In this document: piece by piece, positions 61,852 through 64,000 of the stretch
Position numbering within the stretch: the stretch's first letter is position 1
How the letters are laid out: each line of letters opens with the position of its first letter
DNA from: Candidatus Multivorans sp.
Lineage (GTDB): Bacteria > Acidobacteriota > Thermoanaerobaculia > Multivoradales > Multivoraceae
DNA: 64,000 nt
Assembly (NCBI GenBank): GCA_965247095.1
Contig: OZ251997.1
Coordinates: 4,192,001-4,256,000 of the forward strand
Direction: 5' to 3'
The notes under the pieces: model-generated
What the model was told of the DNA's origin: nothing
The model's input: only the letters and a program-made list of their open reading frames with translations
The model's database searches: none
Made by a program: the position numbers and the translations under genes

Positions 61852-62834
61852 CGGCGCTCCTGGTCCCAGGTCGTGCGGCGGCGGACCTGCGGCCCCAGGT
61901 TCTCGATCTCGACGAATCCGTCCGCGTGCCGCCGCGGCAGCCGGTCGGGCAGGTCGTGTCGGCGGTGCGTGGACGCACTCAAGCGCTCGTAGTCCCGGCC
62001 GACGGGGCACACCTGGACGCACTCGCTGCAGCCGGTGAGCGAGGCCTCCTTCATCATCGCCATCTCCGACCAGATCTCGCCGGACTTGCGGCCGCGCATC
62101 CGCTGCCACATCTCGTCGCCGGCGCGCGCCTCGAAGATCGAAGCGAGATGCTCGCTGAAGGCCTCGAAACCGAAGGGTTGGCAGCTCTGCGCACAGGCTC
62201 GCTCGTCAAGGCCGCGGATCGTGGTGAGGCGGGCGCCGCGGGGGGCTCGCCTCGGGATCGCGTCTGCCGGGCAGATCGCGGCGCAGCGGCCGCATTCCTC
62301 GAGCCCGAGGCAGAGTTCCTCGGGGAGTTCGCCGCCCGGCTCGATCTCCGCCGAGATCAGGACGCCGGCGAAGAAGACCCGCGGACCGTACTCCGGCGTC
62401 AGCACCATCCGGTTGAGGCCGAGCGTGCCGAGTCCGGCTAGCACGGCGCCCTCGCGCAGGAGGGGCGAGCCCTGGCCGGCGGGGAGGAGGTCTTCGGGTT
62501 TCCTGCGGTCGAAGTCGAGCGACGCCGGTGACACGGGCAAGGCGAGAAGGCCCCGTTCCTCGAGGCGAAACGCGATCCGCTCGGCGGCGAACTCCAGGGC
62601 GCGCAGGGTGCGGCCGCCGGCGAGCTGCTTGCTCGGCAAGTGCTTCGCCCACAGCACGCCGCGCAGCGTGCGCTTGCCGAGCACGATGAGAGTTCGGGAC
62701 TCCGCGCTCAGCGTGGAAGGTCGGTGCCGTTCATCGAGCCGCTCCTCGAGATCGGCCATCGACGCGAAGCCGATCAGGTCGACTGCGAGGTCCGTGGCCA
62801 GCTCACGGACGGCGCCTTCCAGCGTCTCGGCCAT
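61848..62834 (-). CDS. QueG/reductive-dehalogenase-like 2x[4Fe-4S] protein, paralogue A
   Basis: AGLGTLGLNRMVLTPEYGPR, CLGLEECGRCAAICP and CSECVQVCPVG motifs. Confidence 0.8.
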   Translation of the reverse strand: MAETLEGAVRELATDLAVDLIGFASMADLEERLDERHRPSTLSAESRTLIVLGKRTLRGVLWAKHLPSKQLAGGRTLRALEFAAERIAFRLEERGLLALPVSPASLDFDRRKPEDLLPAGQGSPLLREGAVLAGLGTLGLNRMVLTPEYGPRVFFAGVLISAEIEPGGELPEELCLGLEECGRCAAICPADAIPRRAPRGARLTTIRGLDERACAQSCQPFGFEAFSEHLASIFEARAGDEMWQRMRGRKSGEIWSEMAMMKEASLTGCSECVQVCPVGRDYERLSASTHRRHDLPDRLPRRHADGFVEIENLGPQVRRRTTWDQERR

Positions 62835-64000
62835 CAGGGCAGCGGCATCTGTTCGCTTTCCACCTCGCGGGCCTGGTCGAATGCGGCCACGGGCTCCGCG
62901 GTGCGCACCTGCTCGAGCCAGAACACGCCGTCGAACTGGGCGCTGTTGCCGCGCGTGCCAACGAAGTCGACATCGCCGTCGCCGTCCATGTCGCGGGCGA
63001 CGAAGCTGTCGAACATGCCGCGCTTGCGCCGCGAGATGTCGTGCCGGGTCCACTCGGCGTCGATGTCGCCGGGGTTCTCGAACCAACTGAGCCGTCCGAG
63101 CGGTGTGTCGGGCTCGACCTCGCGGTCTTCCGCCCGCCCGCTGCGGCTGTAGGCGCCGGACATGGCATCCAAGTCGCCGTCGCCGTCGATGTCGGCGAAC
63201 GCGAAGCCGACCAGGCTGTCCGGGGTCAGCCGGCCGATCGGCCGCAACTGCCAGGTGTCTCCCGGATCGGCCGGCTGCTCCAGCCACACCAGGACACCGC
63301 CGAACTCCACCGTCGCGAGGTCCAGCCGGCCGTCGCCGGAGAGATCGACGAAAGCCATGTTGAAGCCGTTGACGAGTGCGCCCGAGTGGGGGGCGTTCGG
63401 CGGCCGGACGGTGTCGGCGGTGGTCGTGGTGCCCTCGATCCGGATCGCGTGCTCGACGAGTTCGACGGCGCCGGCGCTCCGGTTCTCGAACCAGAAGATC
63501 CGCCCCTCGCCGGTCGATCCGCCGACGATGTCCATGTCTCCGTCCTGATCGAGATCGACGGTTTGGGAATTGATCGGCCAGATCACCTGGACGATCTCGT
63601 GCTCGATCCACTGCCCGGAAAGCGGGTCGGCCGTGGTGTCGAACCAGGAGATCGGGTGCTTGGCGGTGCTTCTCCGATCGGGGTTCTGCGCACCCTTGTT
63701 CGGGGCGATGACCTCCGGCCGGCCGTCGCCGTCGAGGTCGCCGGTGAACACCCGGATGTACGAGCCCCGGTCCTTGGTCGCCGGCGGAATAACCCTCGGC
63801 CAGTCGCCGCTGCGGAGAGCGGCGGCCCCCTCTTCGGTCCCGGCGCCGGGGTTCTCGAAGTAGATCAGGTGGGCCAGCTCGCAGGCGGCAACGACGTCGA
63901 GATCGCCGTCGCCGTCGAAGTCGGAGATGGCGACATCCTCGGATCCGGCGGCCTCCGGCCCTTCGGCGAGGGTCGCCAGATGCCAGGTGTCGGGGTCTTC
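62834..64000 (-). CDS. FG-GAP/VCBS repeat protein (5' end beyond the window)
   Basis: Repeated DLDGDGRPE, DLDQDGDMD, DIDGDGDLD and DMDGDGDVD motifs. Confidence 0.85.
   Translation of the reverse strand, partial: EDPDTWHLATLAEGPEAAGSEDVAISDFDGDGDLDVVAACELAHLIYFENPGAGTEEGAAALRSGDWPRVIPPATKDRGSYIRVFTGDLDGDGRPEVIAPNKGAQNPDRRSTAKHPISWFDTTADPLSGQWIEHEIVQVIWPINSQTVDLDQDGDMDIVGGSTGEGRIFWFENRSAGAVELVEHAIRIEGTTTTADTVRPPNAPHSGALVNGFNMAFVDLSGDGRLDLATVEFGGVLVWLEQPADPGDTWQLRPIGRLTPDSLVGFAFADIDGDGDLDAMSGAYSRSGRAEDREVEPDTPLGRLSWFENPGDIDAEWTRHDISRRKRGMFDSFVARDMDGDGDVDFVGTRGNSAQFDGVFWLEQVRTAEPVAAFDQAREVESEQMPLP

Noticed and set aside
59927-62834. Respiratory reductive dehalogenases (rdhA) or a definite queG
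   Set aside because: No Tat signal, no rdhB anchor, the proteins are short, and QueG-specific motifs could not be confirmed; left as QueG/RdhA-like
1-64000. tRNA, rRNA or prophage structural genes
   Set aside because: None recognised by eye; a tRNAscan or Infernal run would be needed to exclude small RNAs

Overview
High-GC bacterial chromosomal window. The gene content (tricorn and S41 proteases, PQQ propellers, DUF3604, a repeated 'TLCL..RF.V.V.W..G.F.FF..N.E..VKVL.GC' secreted domain) suggests an Acidobacteriota-like organism; this is an inference. The main feature is a diversity-generating retroelement (DGR) at about 23.6-26.6 kb. It has a secreted FGE-sulfatase/C-type-lectin-fold target gene with a C-terminal variable repeat (VR 24833-24958), a GC hairpin, avd, a reverse transcriptase and a template repeat (TR 26262-26387). 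VR and TR align without gaps over 126 bp, and 21 of the 22 differences fall on TR adenines. The TR lies downstream of the RT and overlaps its 3' end. The RT lacks its catalytic core because of an internal deletion plus frameshift near 26000, so the element looks frozen, is served in trans, or is misassembled. The DGR sits in a ~6.5 kb island (with an NYN nuclease, an orphan Phd antitoxin and a hydrolase-like membrane protein) that separates coxD from coxE; both termini of coxE are duplicated around insertions. Other features: three tandem, translationally coupled QueG/RdhA-like Fe-S paralogues; three genes that apparently start with CTG inside a CTGA stop/start overlap; three families of palindromic repeats, some in-frame inside proteins; two related rve-type IS elements; RelE-type and VapBC toxin-antitoxin loci; soxCD; and several deletion scars. 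No rRNA, tRNA or CRISPR array was recognised.
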